From contig CAZXJB010000002.1 of assembly GCA_964640965.1 (NCBI GenBank), positions 1 through 46,210 of the forward strand: a stretch of DNA of 46,210 bases. The letters are read 5' to 3'. The stretch is from an uncultured Actinomycetes bacterium (GTDB lineage: Bacteria > Actinomycetota > UBA4738 > HRBIN12). A program made the position numbers and the translations under genes. Each line of letters begins with the position of its first letter. Positions within the stretch are counted from its first letter, which is position 1. Shown here piece by piece: positions 16,895 through 25,084 of the stretch. The notes beneath the pieces are model-generated. The model saw only the letters and a list, made by a program, of their open reading frames with translations. It searched no databases and was not told the origin of the DNA.

Positions 16895-17126
16895 CAAGGT
16901 ATCGGCACGCCACGCCCGCGCGGTACCCGCCCGATGGGCGGTTCCGGATGGACGGAGGGACTCCCCCGACCGAGGGGATCGGGACCACCGCGGGCGAGGC
17001 TCACCTAGCCCGCGCTGGGAAGCCCGCGGGGGCCGGGGCCGCCCGCCAGCGGCGTGATCAAGACCGGCACCCCGTGCGGCGATCCCAGCTCGAGCGCCCA
17101 ATCGCGCGCGCCTCAGGACGCGGGGC

Positions 17127-18143
17127 TCAGGAGGTGAAGGTGACGCCGGCGCCGGGTCGGACCGAGCCGATCAGGTCGGACGGGACCCCGGCCGCGGCGG
17201 CGCGCTCGCGGACCTCGTCCGCGCGCTCGGCGGGCACCACCAGCACCATCCCGACCCCGAGGTTGAAGGTGGCGCGCAGGTCCTCCTCGCTCGCGCCCGC
17301 GGCCTCGCGCACCAGGTCGAAGATCGGCGGCACCGGCCAGGACCCCGGGCGGACCTCGGCGCCCAGCCCCTCGGGCAGCGCCCGCGGCAGGTTCTCGGGG
17401 AGGCCCCCGCCGGTCACATGGGCGGCGGCGTGCACGAGCCCCTCGCGCGCGAGCGCGAGCACGAGCGGCGCGTAGATCCGCGTCGGCTCGAGGAGCTCGT
17501 CGGCGAGGGACCGGCCGAGACGCGGCAGGACGTCCTCCAGCCGGTAGCCCGCCTCCTCGAGCAGTGCCCGGCGCACGAGCGAGTACCCGTTCGCGTGCAG
17601 GCCGCTCGAGCGCAGGCCGACGAGCGCATCGCCCTCGCGGACCCGGTGCGGGCCGAGCAGCGCGCCCTCCTCGACCACGCCGACGCAGAACCCGGCGAGG
17701 TCGAACGCGTCGGGCTCCATCACGCCGGGGTGCTCGGCGGTCTCGCCGCCGAGGAGCGCACAGCCCGCGCGGCGGCAGCCCTCGGCGACCCCGGCCACGA
17801 TCTCGGCCACGCGCTCGGGCACCACGCGGCCGACCGCCAGGTAGTCGAGGAAGAGCAGCGGCTCGGCGCCGGTGCACACGACGTCGTCGGCGCACATCGC
17901 GACGAGGTCGATGCCGACGGTGTCCAGGCGCCTCGCCAGGCGCGCGACCTCGAGCTTGGTCCCGACGCCGTCGGTCGCCGCGGCCAGGTACCGCCCGGGC
18001 GCGATCTCGAACAGGCCGGCGAAGCCGCCGATGCCCTCGCGGACCTCGGGACGGCTCGCACCGCGGGCCACCTCGGCGATCCTCGCGACGGCCTCGGCCG
18101 CGGCCGCGAGGTCCACGCCCGCCCGGCGGTAGGCCTCGCTCAT
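17127..18143 (-). CDS. purM: phosphoribosylformylglycinamidine cyclo-ligase (AIR synthetase)
   Basis: MSEAYRRAGVDLAAAAEAV...GGFAGLFE...ATDGVGTKL...MCADDVVCTGAEPLLFLDY. Confidence 0.95.
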   Translation of the reverse strand: MSEAYRRAGVDLAAAAEAVARIAEVARGASRPEVREGIGGFAGLFEIAPGRYLAAATDGVGTKLEVARLARRLDTVGIDLVAMCADDVVCTGAEPLLFLDYLAVGRVVPERVAEIVAGVAEGCRRAGCALLGGETAEHPGVMEPDAFDLAGFCVGVVEEGALLGPHRVREGDALVGLRSSGLHANGYSLVRRALLEEAGYRLEDVLPRLGRSLADELLEPTRIYAPLVLALAREGLVHAAAHVTGGGLPENLPRALPEGLGAEVRPGSWPVPPIFDLVREAAGASEEDLRATFNLGVGMVLVVPAERADEVRERAAAAGVPSDLIGSVRPGAGVTFTS

Positions 18144-18144
18144 C

Positions 18145-19548
18145 TCAGGACTTGGCCGGGTGCTCGAGGAGGAACTTCCCCGCGTGCTCGGGGATCTCGA
18201 CGGGGTACTCGCCGTCGAAGCAGGCGCGGCAGAGCTCGCCCGGCGCGGAGCCCGTGGCCTCGATCATCGCCTCGAGCGAGAGGTACCCGAGGGAGTCCGC
18301 CCCCACGTACTGGCGGACCTCCTCGACCGAGAGGTCCGAGGCGACGAGCTCGGCCCGCGTGGACATGTCGATGCCGTAGAAGCAGGGCCAGCGGATCGGC
18401 GGGCACGTGATCCGCGCGTGGACCTGGGCGGCGCCGGCCTCGCGCAGGGCCTGGACGATCTGGCGCGTCGTCGTGCCGCGGACGATCGAGTCGTCGATCA
18501 CCGCCAGGCGCTTGCCGCGGATCGCCTCGGGGATCGGGTTCAGCTTCAGCTTCACCCCGCGCTCGCGCAGCGACTGCGAGGGCTGGATGAAGGTCCGTCC
18601 GACGTACCGGTTCTTGATGAGCCCCTCGCCGTAGGGGATGCCCGAGACCTCCGAGTAGCCCTGGGCCGCCGACATCGCCGTGTCCGGCACCGGCACGACG
18701 AGGTCGGCCTCGGCCGGCGCCTCGCGCGCGAGGCGCCGGCCGAGCTCGCGCCGCACCTCGTGCACGGTCCGGCCGCGCAGGATCGAGTCGGGCCGGGCGA
18801 GGTAGACGTACTCGAACACGCAGAGCGCCCGGCGCGGGCTCTCCGCGAATCGCCGGGAGGCGAGGCCGCGGTCGTCGATGCGGACGAGCTCGCCCGGCTC
18901 GACGTCGCGCACGAAGGAGGCGCCCACGATGTCGAGCGCGCAGGTCTCCGAGGCCACGACGAACCCGCTCGGCAGGCGCCCGATCGCAAGCGGCCGCAGC
19001 CCGAGGGGATCGCGGGCCGCGAAGAGGCTCCGCTCGTCCATCCCGACGAAGCAGAAGGCGCCGCGCAGCTCGGGGAGCACCTCCAGGAAGGCCCCCTCGA
19101 GCCCCCCGTCCAGGCGCTCGGCGAGGAGCGTGGCCACGAGGTCCGAGTCGGTGGTCGCCCCCCCGCGGCGGCCGACGCGCTCGGCGAGCTCGAGGGTGTT
19201 CACGAGGTTCCCGTTGTGGCCGAGGGCGAGCGAGCGCTGCCCGTCGGTCTTGAACGCGGGCTGGGCGTTCTCCCAGGTCGTCGAGCCCGTGGTCGAGTAG
19301 CGCACATGCCCGATCCCGACATCGCCCTGCATCGTGGCGAGCGTGGCCTCGTCGAAGACCTGCGAGACCAGCCCGAGCTCCTTGAACACGAGCAGGTGCT
19401 CGCCGTCGGAGACCGCGATCCCGGCCGACTCCTGCCCGCGGTGCTGGAGCGCGAAGAGCCCGAAGTACGTGAGGCGAGCGACGTCCTCACCCGGGGCCCA
19501 CACCCCGAACAGGCCGCACGCTTCCTTGGGACCCTCGCCGCCACCCAC
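18145..19548 (-). CDS. purF: amidophosphoribosyltransferase
   Basis: CGLFGVWAPGEDVARLTYFGLFALQHRGQESAGIAV is the Ntn Cys plus glutaminase domain. PRT domain RLAVIDDSIVRGTT. C-terminal Cys ligands CPPIRWPCFYGID. Confidence 0.95.
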   Translation of the reverse strand: MGGGEGPKEACGLFGVWAPGEDVARLTYFGLFALQHRGQESAGIAVSDGEHLLVFKELGLVSQVFDEATLATMQGDVGIGHVRYSTTGSTTWENAQPAFKTDGQRSLALGHNGNLVNTLELAERVGRRGGATTDSDLVATLLAERLDGGLEGAFLEVLPELRGAFCFVGMDERSLFAARDPLGLRPLAIGRLPSGFVVASETCALDIVGASFVRDVEPGELVRIDDRGLASRRFAESPRRALCVFEYVYLARPDSILRGRTVHEVRRELGRRLAREAPAEADLVVPVPDTAMSAAQGYSEVSGIPYGEGLIKNRYVGRTFIQPSQSLRERGVKLKLNPIPEAIRGKRLAVIDDSIVRGTTTRQIVQALREAGAAQVHARITCPPIRWPCFYGIDMSTRAELVASDLSVEEVRQYVGADSLGYLSLEAMIEATGSAPGELCRACFDGEYPVEIPEHAGKFLLEHPAKS

Positions 19549-19603
19549 CGGTGCGCCGATGGTAGCACCGCCGAGCAGGCGGCCCTGACCGCGGACGGCT
19601 CGC

Positions 19604-20503
19604 CTACCCGGCCCGGGAGGCCTCGCCGAGGCCCTCGGCCACCCACTCGCCCTCGGCGGCCTCGAGGCGGTCCCGCCAGGTGCTGCTCGTCGCGAGCAGC
19701 CCGAAGAACGCGGCGCGGCTGCGCTTGCCGGGGGCGTTCTCCGGCACCTCGGGGACGCCCTCGTAGAGCGTGCCGAGGTACGCGCGGAGGGCGTTGATGG
19801 CCTCCGAGCAGATCTGCGAGACCCTGGCCTCCGTCACCCCGAGGTCCTCGGCGATCTCGCGGAGCATCTCGCCGCCGAGGTAGTAGCGCTCGATCACGGT
19901 CCGCTGGGTCGGAGGGAGGTTCCGCACGGCGGTGCGGAGGGTGCCGATCAGCTCGCGGCGCTCGAGCGCCTCCTCGGGCAGGATCTCGGAGCTCGTCTCC
20001 TGGATCTGCTCGGCGAGCGAGCCGTCCTCGTCCTCGTAGGAGTGGTCCAGGTGCAGCAGGGTCGCGCGCTCCACCGAGGCGCGCAGCTCGCGGAGCTCCT
20101 CCACCCCGATCCCGAGCTCGGCGGCGATCTCCTCGTCCCGGGCGGCGCGCCCGTGGCGCTCCTCCAGCCGCTCCTCGACGCGACGCAGGTCTCTCGCGCT
20201 GCGGCGGAGGGCGCGGGCGGCCCAGTCGCGGTCCCGGGTCGAGTCGATGATCGCCCCGCGGATCCGCACCATGGCATATCGCGGGAAGGGGACGCCCATC
20301 TCCGGCCGGTAGCGGTTGGCGGCCTCCACGAGCCCGCGGGCCCCGGCGTTCCAGAGCTCCTGTCGGTCGACGTGCCGCGGGTAGCGGGCTGAGACCTGGT
20401 TCACGACGTGCTGGACGAGGTCGAGGTTGGCGAGGATCAGCGACTCCGGCGTCGCGCCGTCGGTGGCTCCGGTCGCGACGTGACCGCGAAGGTTCCGCTC
20501 CAC
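19604..20503 (-). CDS. fliA: flagellar sigma factor, FliA/WhiG (sigma-28) family, with a ~50-aa C-terminal extension
   Basis: Region 2 is NLDLVQHVVNQVSARYPRHVDRQELWNAGARGLVEAANRY...PFPRYAMVRIRGAIID. Region 4 is LPPTQRTVIERYYLGGEMLREIAEDLGVTEARVSQI. GTG start with GAGGGGGG SD. Confidence 0.9.
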   Translation of the reverse strand: MERNLRGHVATGATDGATPESLILANLDLVQHVVNQVSARYPRHVDRQELWNAGARGLVEAANRYRPEMGVPFPRYAMVRIRGAIIDSTRDRDWAARALRRSARDLRRVEERLEERHGRAARDEEIAAELGIGVEELRELRASVERATLLHLDHSYEDEDGSLAEQIQETSSEILPEEALERRELIGTLRTAVRNLPPTQRTVIERYYLGGEMLREIAEDLGVTEARVSQICSEAINALRAYLGTLYEGVPEVPENAPGKRSRAAFFGLLATSSTWRDRLEAAEGEWVAEGLGEASRAG

Positions 20504-20537
20504 GGGTCCCCCCTCGTTGCTCGGAACTCACCTACCC

Positions 20538-20556
20538 CGCGCGGGATACCCGCGCG
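20538..20556. promoter_or_regulatory. perfect palindrome CGCGCGGG-ATA-CCCGCGCG in the fliA upstream region
   Basis: 8-bp arms, 35-53 nt upstream of the fliA GTG. Confidence 0.4.
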
Positions 20557-20613
20557 TGATGCAAGAGGTATCGGGTTCCCCGAGGAGGGCGTTGATGAGC
20601 GGAAACCCCTCAA

Positions 20614-20637
20614 AGCCTCCGTGCGGAGCCTCCGTGC
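20614..20637. repeat. 11-bp direct repeat x2 (AGCCTCCGTGC-GG-AGCCTCCGTGC); in the fliA sense it reads GCACGGAGGCT twice
   Basis: Read directly from the sequence. The fliA-sense reading contains two ACGGAGG (A-N-GGA) motifs, like the flagellin leader hairpin loop. Confidence 0.6.
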
Positions 20638-20745
20638 CACGCAGGGACCACCCACGGCTCCGACGGTGCCGCTCGCGCACATCCCCCAGGAGAGGGAGGG
20701 CGGCGAGCTCGCCGCGGAGCCGCCGGGACGAGCTCGCCGCCCTCG

Positions 20746-20773
20746 CTTCAGCGGCGCCAGGGTCCGCCGACGG
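20746..20773 (+). promoter_or_regulatory. sigma-28-type promoter candidate upstream of the M15 peptidase gene
   Basis: CTTCAG-N14-GCCGACGG, ending 9 nt before ATG 20783. One member of the nine-site motif family. Confidence 0.6.
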
Positions 20774-20782
20774 GACCAGCGT

Positions 20783-21346
20783 ATGGACGCCCTCGGCGCG
20801 ATCGGCGGGGTCCTCGGGCGGGTGGAGCAGATCGAGGCGATGGCGGCGAACCTGGCCTCGAGCTTCGCGACCGCGCTCGCGCAGGCAGAGCGGACCCTCG
20901 CCCTCGCCCCGACACGAGCGCTCGCGCCCGCGCCAAGGGGCCTGCTCCCCGACACGGGGTCGTACGGCGTCTCGACCTCGGGTCCGCCGCTGCCCGAAGG
21001 CCTCACGCCCGAGCTCGTGTCCTGGCGCGGCGTTATCCTGAACCCCGCCGCGATGGCGAGCCTCCAGGAGGCCTCGCGCTCCCTCGGTTCCCCGATCCGC
21101 GTCACCGACTCCTACCGCAGCCACGCGCAGCAGGCGGCGGCCTACGCGCGCAAGCCGGGCCTCGCCGCGCCACCGGGCTCGAGCTACCACGAGCGGGGGC
21201 TCGCGATCGACGTGGACGGGGATGCCTACGGCGGCTACGCGAGCGCGGCGTTCCGGCGCGTGGTCGAGGTCTTGGAGTCCCTCGGGTGGCACCGCTTCGA
21301 CCCGCAGGGCGAGCCGTGGCACTTCTCGTACCTGGTGACCGGCTGA
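20783..21346 (+). CDS. peptidase M15 (VanY / D-Ala-D-Ala carboxypeptidase-like LAS metallopeptidase)
   Basis: The C-terminal half, PIRVTDSYRSHAQQ...APPGSSYHERGLAIDV...GWHRF.....EPWHFSY, matches the H-x6-D...H zinc-ligand layout of VanY/M15. ATG 20783 lies in frame within track ORF 20408..21346. Confidence 0.8.
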   Translation: MDALGAIGGVLGRVEQIEAMAANLASSFATALAQAERTLALAPTRALAPAPRGLLPDTGSYGVSTSGPPLPEGLTPELVSWRGVILNPAAMASLQEASRSLGSPIRVTDSYRSHAQQAAAYARKPGLAAPPGSSYHERGLAIDVDGDAYGGYASAAFRRVVEVLESLGWHRFDPQGEPWHFSYLVTG

Positions 21347-21361
21347 GGCGGCCGGCGGGCT

Positions 21362-21607
21362 TCAGCCGTCCGACGGAGCCTGCGGCTTCCGCGCCCGACG
21401 GAGCACCGGGGAGTCGCGGTCGGCGGAGGCCACGGCCGCCGCGTTCTCCCGCATGACCTCGAGGTAGACCTCCTCGCGGTGCACGCTCACGGACCTCGGC
21501 GCGTCGATCCCGAGGCGGATGTGGTCGGGCCGGACCTCGAGGACGGTCACGACGATGTCGTTGCCGATGATGATGGACTCGCCCTGCTTCCGAGACAGGA
21601 CCAGCAT
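21362..21607 (-). CDS. csrA: carbon storage regulator CsrA
   Basis: MLVLSRKQGESIIIGNDIVVTVLEVRPDHIRLGIDAPRSVSVHREEVY is a near-canonical CsrA core. Overlaps the fliW stop. Confidence 0.93.
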   Translation of the reverse strand: MLVLSRKQGESIIIGNDIVVTVLEVRPDHIRLGIDAPRSVSVHREEVYLEVMRENAAAVASADRDSPVLRRARKPQAPSDG

Positions 21608-22032
21608 CAGCCCGCCACCAGCTTCACCGGGGCCCGCACCGGGTAGCTCGAGTCCGACAGGATGACCTGCCGGCCCCGCCTCGTCTCGGCGTTCACCACG
21701 AACGGGGCGAGCAGGTTCAGGTACACGGTCTCGCGCTCGGCGTCGAGCGTCACCGCGCAGAAGACGATCGCGTCCTCCCGGCGCTCGATCCCGAGGGACG
21801 CCCGCTCCAGCTCCGACAGCTCCGGCGCGTAGTCCGGGAAGAAGAGCCAGGGCACGGTGACGAGGAGGGCGACCTCGGGCTCATCGAGGCTCTGCAGCAG
21901 CTGGAAGACCGAGTCCTCCGCGACCTCGACGAGGACGAACCGGCGCGAGCCCGGGAAGCCCGGGATCCCGTCCTCGAAGGTGAGGACGTGCTCCTGTCCG
22001 ATCAGATCCCGTTCGCTCGTCAGCGTCGCCAC
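21607..22032 (-). CDS. fliW: flagellar assembly factor FliW (CsrA antagonist)
   Basis: LTFEDGIPGFPGSRRFVLVEV..DSVFQLLQSLDEPEVALLVTVPWLFFPDY...YLNLLAPFVVN..TRRGRQVIL. GTG 22032 lies in frame within track ORF 21607..22494. Confidence 0.88.
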   Translation of the reverse strand: MATLTSERDLIGQEHVLTFEDGIPGFPGSRRFVLVEVAEDSVFQLLQSLDEPEVALLVTVPWLFFPDYAPELSELERASLGIERREDAIVFCAVTLDAERETVYLNLLAPFVVNAETRRGRQVILSDSSYPVRAPVKLVAG

Positions 22033-22055
22033 CCGGCCCCCTCGGTCGCCCCAGG

Positions 22056-22940
22056 TTAGCGCAGGAAGTCCACGAGCGAGGGCTGGAGGACCTGGGACAT
22101 CGCTCCGAGCGTCGCCCGGTAGGCGACCTCCTGGAGCTGGAGCTCCATGACGGCCTCGGCGAGGTCCGCGTCCTCGATGCCCGAGAGCTCGCCGGTCAGC
22201 GCCAGCTGCTCGTCGGCGAGCCGAGCCTGCGCCCGCTCGATCCGGTTGCCGGCGGCCCCGATCTCGGCGAGCCCGTCGAGCACCCGGCCGAGGGCCGCGT
22301 CGACCTCGCCGATGGCCGCCCCCACCGCTCCCGCGTCGCCCGCCGTCACGAGCGAGGCGAGGTCCTCGAGCATCGTGAAGACGTCCCGCCCGGCGGTGAA
22401 CCCGAAGACCTCGTCGGCCGTGACGCTCACCGTCACGTCCTCGCCGTCCCCGACGCGACGCACCACGCGTGTCCCGTCGCCGGTGTACGTCCACGTCCCG
22501 CCCACGTTCGTCACCGCCGGCGAGGTGGCCGTCCCGGCGAACAGGCCCTGCTCGCCGTTCCGCGCATTGGCGATGGCCACGAGCCCGTCCCGGATCGACC
22601 CCAGCTCCGCGGCGATCGCCGCCCGCTCGGTCGGCGAGGTCGTGGAGGCGGCGCGCACGGCGAGCTCGCGGGCCCGCTGGAGGCTGTCCGCGGCCGCGCG
22701 CAGCTGCGAGTCCGCGAGCGCGACCCAGGTCGCGCCGTCCTGCGCGTTGCGCGCGTGCTGCTCCTTGGCCCGCTGCAGGGCCCGCAGGCCGAGCACGCTG
22801 CTCATCCGACCAGGATCGTCCGACGGTCGACGCACGACCTTGCCCGACGACAGGCGCACCTGCGCCGCCTGGAGCTGGGCCAGGCGGACGCGCAGGCGCT
22901 CCAGCGAGTCCTGCACGAGCATCCCCTGCGTGATGCGCAT
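22056..22940 (-). CDS. flgL: flagellar hook-associated protein 3 (FlgL)
   Basis: MRITQGMLVQDSLERLRVRLAQLQAAQVRLSSGKVVRRPSDDP is a flagellin-like N-terminus, with C-terminus AYRATLGAMSQVLQPSLVDFLR. Located downstream of flgK. Confidence 0.88.
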   Translation of the reverse strand: MRITQGMLVQDSLERLRVRLAQLQAAQVRLSSGKVVRRPSDDPGRMSSVLGLRALQRAKEQHARNAQDGATWVALADSQLRAAADSLQRARELAVRAASTTSPTERAAIAAELGSIRDGLVAIANARNGEQGLFAGTATSPAVTNVGGTWTYTGDGTRVVRRVGDGEDVTVSVTADEVFGFTAGRDVFTMLEDLASLVTAGDAGAVGAAIGEVDAALGRVLDGLAEIGAAGNRIERAQARLADEQLALTGELSGIEDADLAEAVMELQLQEVAYRATLGAMSQVLQPSLVDFLR

Positions 22941-22947
22941 CCTGTGG

Positions 22948-24315
22948 CTACCTCCCCACGAGACCGGTCCGGTTGATCAGCACGTCGAGCGCCTCGTCGA
23001 CGACGCTCATCAGGCGCGCCGCCGCGTCGAAGGCGTGCCGCGCCTCGATGAGCGCGGTCATCTCCTCGTCGAGCGAGACCCCGTGCTCGCCCTGGCGCGC
23101 GAGCTCCGCCGCGGCCGTGAGCTGCCGCTGGGTCTCCGTCGCGCGAAGGGCTCCGGCGACGGTGGCGCCGAGGCCCACCGCGAGGGCTCGCGCGGCGCCC
23201 CCCAGCGTGTCGGTGCCGCCCGAGGCCGCGAGGGCGGTCCGCAGGCCTGCGAGGGCTCGGGCGTTCTCGCCGTTGAAGGCGGGGAACGGCGGTCCCGGCT
23301 GCGAGGAGGCCGCGAGCTGCGACGGGTCGGAGATCGCGACCTGCAGCGTGCGGGCCGCGTCCCCCGGCGTGTACGAGAGCAGCGCTCCGCCGGGGGTCGA
23401 GTCCGAGACCCAGCCGGCCTGGTGCTGGGCGTTCAGCGCCTCGGCGAGGTCCTGGGCGAAGGCGTCGAGATCCGCACGGAGGCTCGGGAGGTCCTCGAGC
23501 AGGAAGCGGCGATACCCCCCGATCTCGCCCCCGGGCGCGAGGCTCGCGCCGGTCGCCGCATCGACGAGATCGAAGGAGGCTGTGAGCTGGACCGTCGTCG
23601 CGACGGTCCCGTCGACGAGCCCCATGCCGCCCACGCTCACACGCACCGTCCCGTCCTCCTGCGGGATCGCCCGGGCTCCGATGAGCACGGCCAGCCGGTC
23701 CACCAGGGCGTCGCGCTGGTCGAGGAGGGTCCCGTCCGGCTGCCCGGTGGGCGTGGCCACGATCGCGCGGTTCACGTCCGCCACCGACCGCAGGAGGTCG
23801 TTCACCTCGTCGACGCGCGTCTGCAGGGTGGTCGCGGCGTCGCGCTCGAGGGCGTCCCAGGCGCCCGCGACCGCCCGGATCCGAGCGGTCACGTCCCGCA
23901 GGGCGTTCAGGACGGTGATCCGGGTCCCGGAGCTCGTCGGAGAGAGCGCCAGCTCCTCGAAGGCCGCCCAGAGCTCGGCGAGGGGCGCGGAGATCCCCTG
24001 GTCGGGCTCGGCCAGGGCGGCCTCGGCCCGCTGCAGCAGCTCGGCTCGCACCGACAGCTGCCCCAGGAGATCCTGGCCGCCCCGGACGCGGGCATCCAGG
24101 AACAGGTCTCGCGTCCGCGCGATGGCCGCGACGTCCACCCCGCCCCCCATCCACCCCTCGGCGCTGAGGTAGGAGGGCGCGGGGACGAGCTCCACGCGCC
24201 GGCGCGTGTACCCGGGGGTCGCCGCGTTCGCCACGTTCCCGGCGGCGGTGTCGATGCGGACCCTCGCCGCCCGCAGGGCCGTGAGCGCCGTGTTCAGCGA
24301 GACGAAGTCGGCCAC
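22948..24315 (-). CDS. flgK: flagellar hook-associated protein 1 (FlgK)
   Basis: FVSLNTALTALRAARVRIDTAAGNVANAATPGYTRRRVEL at the N-terminus and GVSLDEEMTALIEARHAFDAAARLMSVVDEALDVLIN at the C-terminus. Confidence 0.9.
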   Translation of the reverse strand: MADFVSLNTALTALRAARVRIDTAAGNVANAATPGYTRRRVELVPAPSYLSAEGWMGGGVDVAAIARTRDLFLDARVRGGQDLLGQLSVRAELLQRAEAALAEPDQGISAPLAELWAAFEELALSPTSSGTRITVLNALRDVTARIRAVAGAWDALERDAATTLQTRVDEVNDLLRSVADVNRAIVATPTGQPDGTLLDQRDALVDRLAVLIGARAIPQEDGTVRVSVGGMGLVDGTVATTVQLTASFDLVDAATGASLAPGGEIGGYRRFLLEDLPSLRADLDAFAQDLAEALNAQHQAGWVSDSTPGGALLSYTPGDAARTLQVAISDPSQLAASSQPGPPFPAFNGENARALAGLRTALAASGGTDTLGGAARALAVGLGATVAGALRATETQRQLTAAAELARQGEHGVSLDEEMTALIEARHAFDAAARLMSVVDEALDVLINRTGLVGR

Positions 24316-24321
24316 CCGCCC

Positions 24322-24834
24322 TCAGAGCTCCCGATCGACGCGGGCGGGCCTCGGGACGACCGGCTCCCGACGACCCGAGGGGTCGTAGGTGTCCCCCACC
24401 TCGTCACCGACGAGGGCGTCGAGGTTCTCGCGGACGTGCTCGGCGGCGGCCGCCGCAACCCGGCGGTTCTCCGCCGCGACCTCCTCAATCTCCTCGACGA
24501 GCTTGCGGAAGCCATCGCGGTGCTCCCGGAACATCGTGGCCGCCGGCTCCGGCGCGTGCTCGGCGAGGTAGGAGAGGCTGAGCCGCTCCGCCGGCACCCC
24601 CCACTCCTCCGCCAGGCGCGCGACGGCGGTCGCCCGCAGCAGCTCCGCCTCGCGCAACCGCTCGATCGCGATCTCGACCTCACCGAGGGCGGGGGTCACG
24701 AAGGCCCGCGCGTCGGCAGCGAGCACCAGCCGCGCCGTCACGAGCTTGAACAGCAGGAACTCCAGGAGGTGCCGCTCGGCCCAGAGCCGCTGCATGAGCT
24801 CGTGCAGGCCCTCGGAGGGAGGATGCCGGCCCAT
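24322..24834 (-). CDS. flgN: FlgN-like flagellar export chaperone (assigned by position, size and helical character)
   Basis: 170-aa helical protein immediately upstream of flgK (LHELMQRLWAERHLLEFLLFKLVTARLVL). ATG 24834 lies in frame at the tail of artefactual track ORF 24322..25986. Confidence 0.6.
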   Translation of the reverse strand: MGRHPPSEGLHELMQRLWAERHLLEFLLFKLVTARLVLAADARAFVTPALGEVEIAIERLREAELLRATAVARLAEEWGVPAERLSLSYLAEHAPEPAATMFREHRDGFRKLVEEIEEVAAENRRVAAAAAEHVRENLDALVGDEVGDTYDPSGRREPVVPRPARVDREL

Positions 24835-24841
24835 GTCAGCC

Positions 24842-24869
24842 CCGTCGGCCGGTCGGGGACGGTCTGAAG
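24842..24869 (-). promoter_or_regulatory. sigma-28-type promoter candidate for flgN-flgK-flgL-fliW-csrA
   Basis: The minus strand reads CTTCAG-N14-GCCGACGG-GGCTGAC-ATG, which implies a leaderless or near-leaderless transcript. Confidence 0.55.
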
Positions 24870-24901
24870 GGGTCGCCGTGGGCCTTCCGAGCTCCGCCGT
24901 T

Positions 24902-24923
24902 CGGCCGCTCCACGGAGCGGCCG
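24902..24923. promoter_or_regulatory. perfect palindrome CGGCCGCTCC-AC-GGAGCGGCCG in the flgN / GGDEF-like divergent spacer
   Basis: 10-bp arms read directly. Sits 33 nt upstream of the flgN -35-like box. Confidence 0.4.
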
Positions 24924-25084
24924 GAGTAGGGTACGGTGGACGGTGGGTCCGCCTCGCGGGCCGGTGCGCGGGGTCCGGGCGTCGATCGGGGGTGATCGCA
25001 ACGCCGAGGAGAGGCAGGTCCGATCGTCCGGGCGATGCGGCCGCCGAAGGAACCCCCGAGGCGGAAGCCCGGGACGAAGGCGAG

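Noticed and set aside
20595-21041. A plus-strand ATG at 20595 with a very good SD (GAGGAGGG), inside track ORF 20517..21041.
   Set aside because: The translation is Arg/Ser/Pro-rich nonsense. It runs out of frame through the M15 peptidase gene. I considered it as a possible missing FlgM, but it has no resemblance to one.
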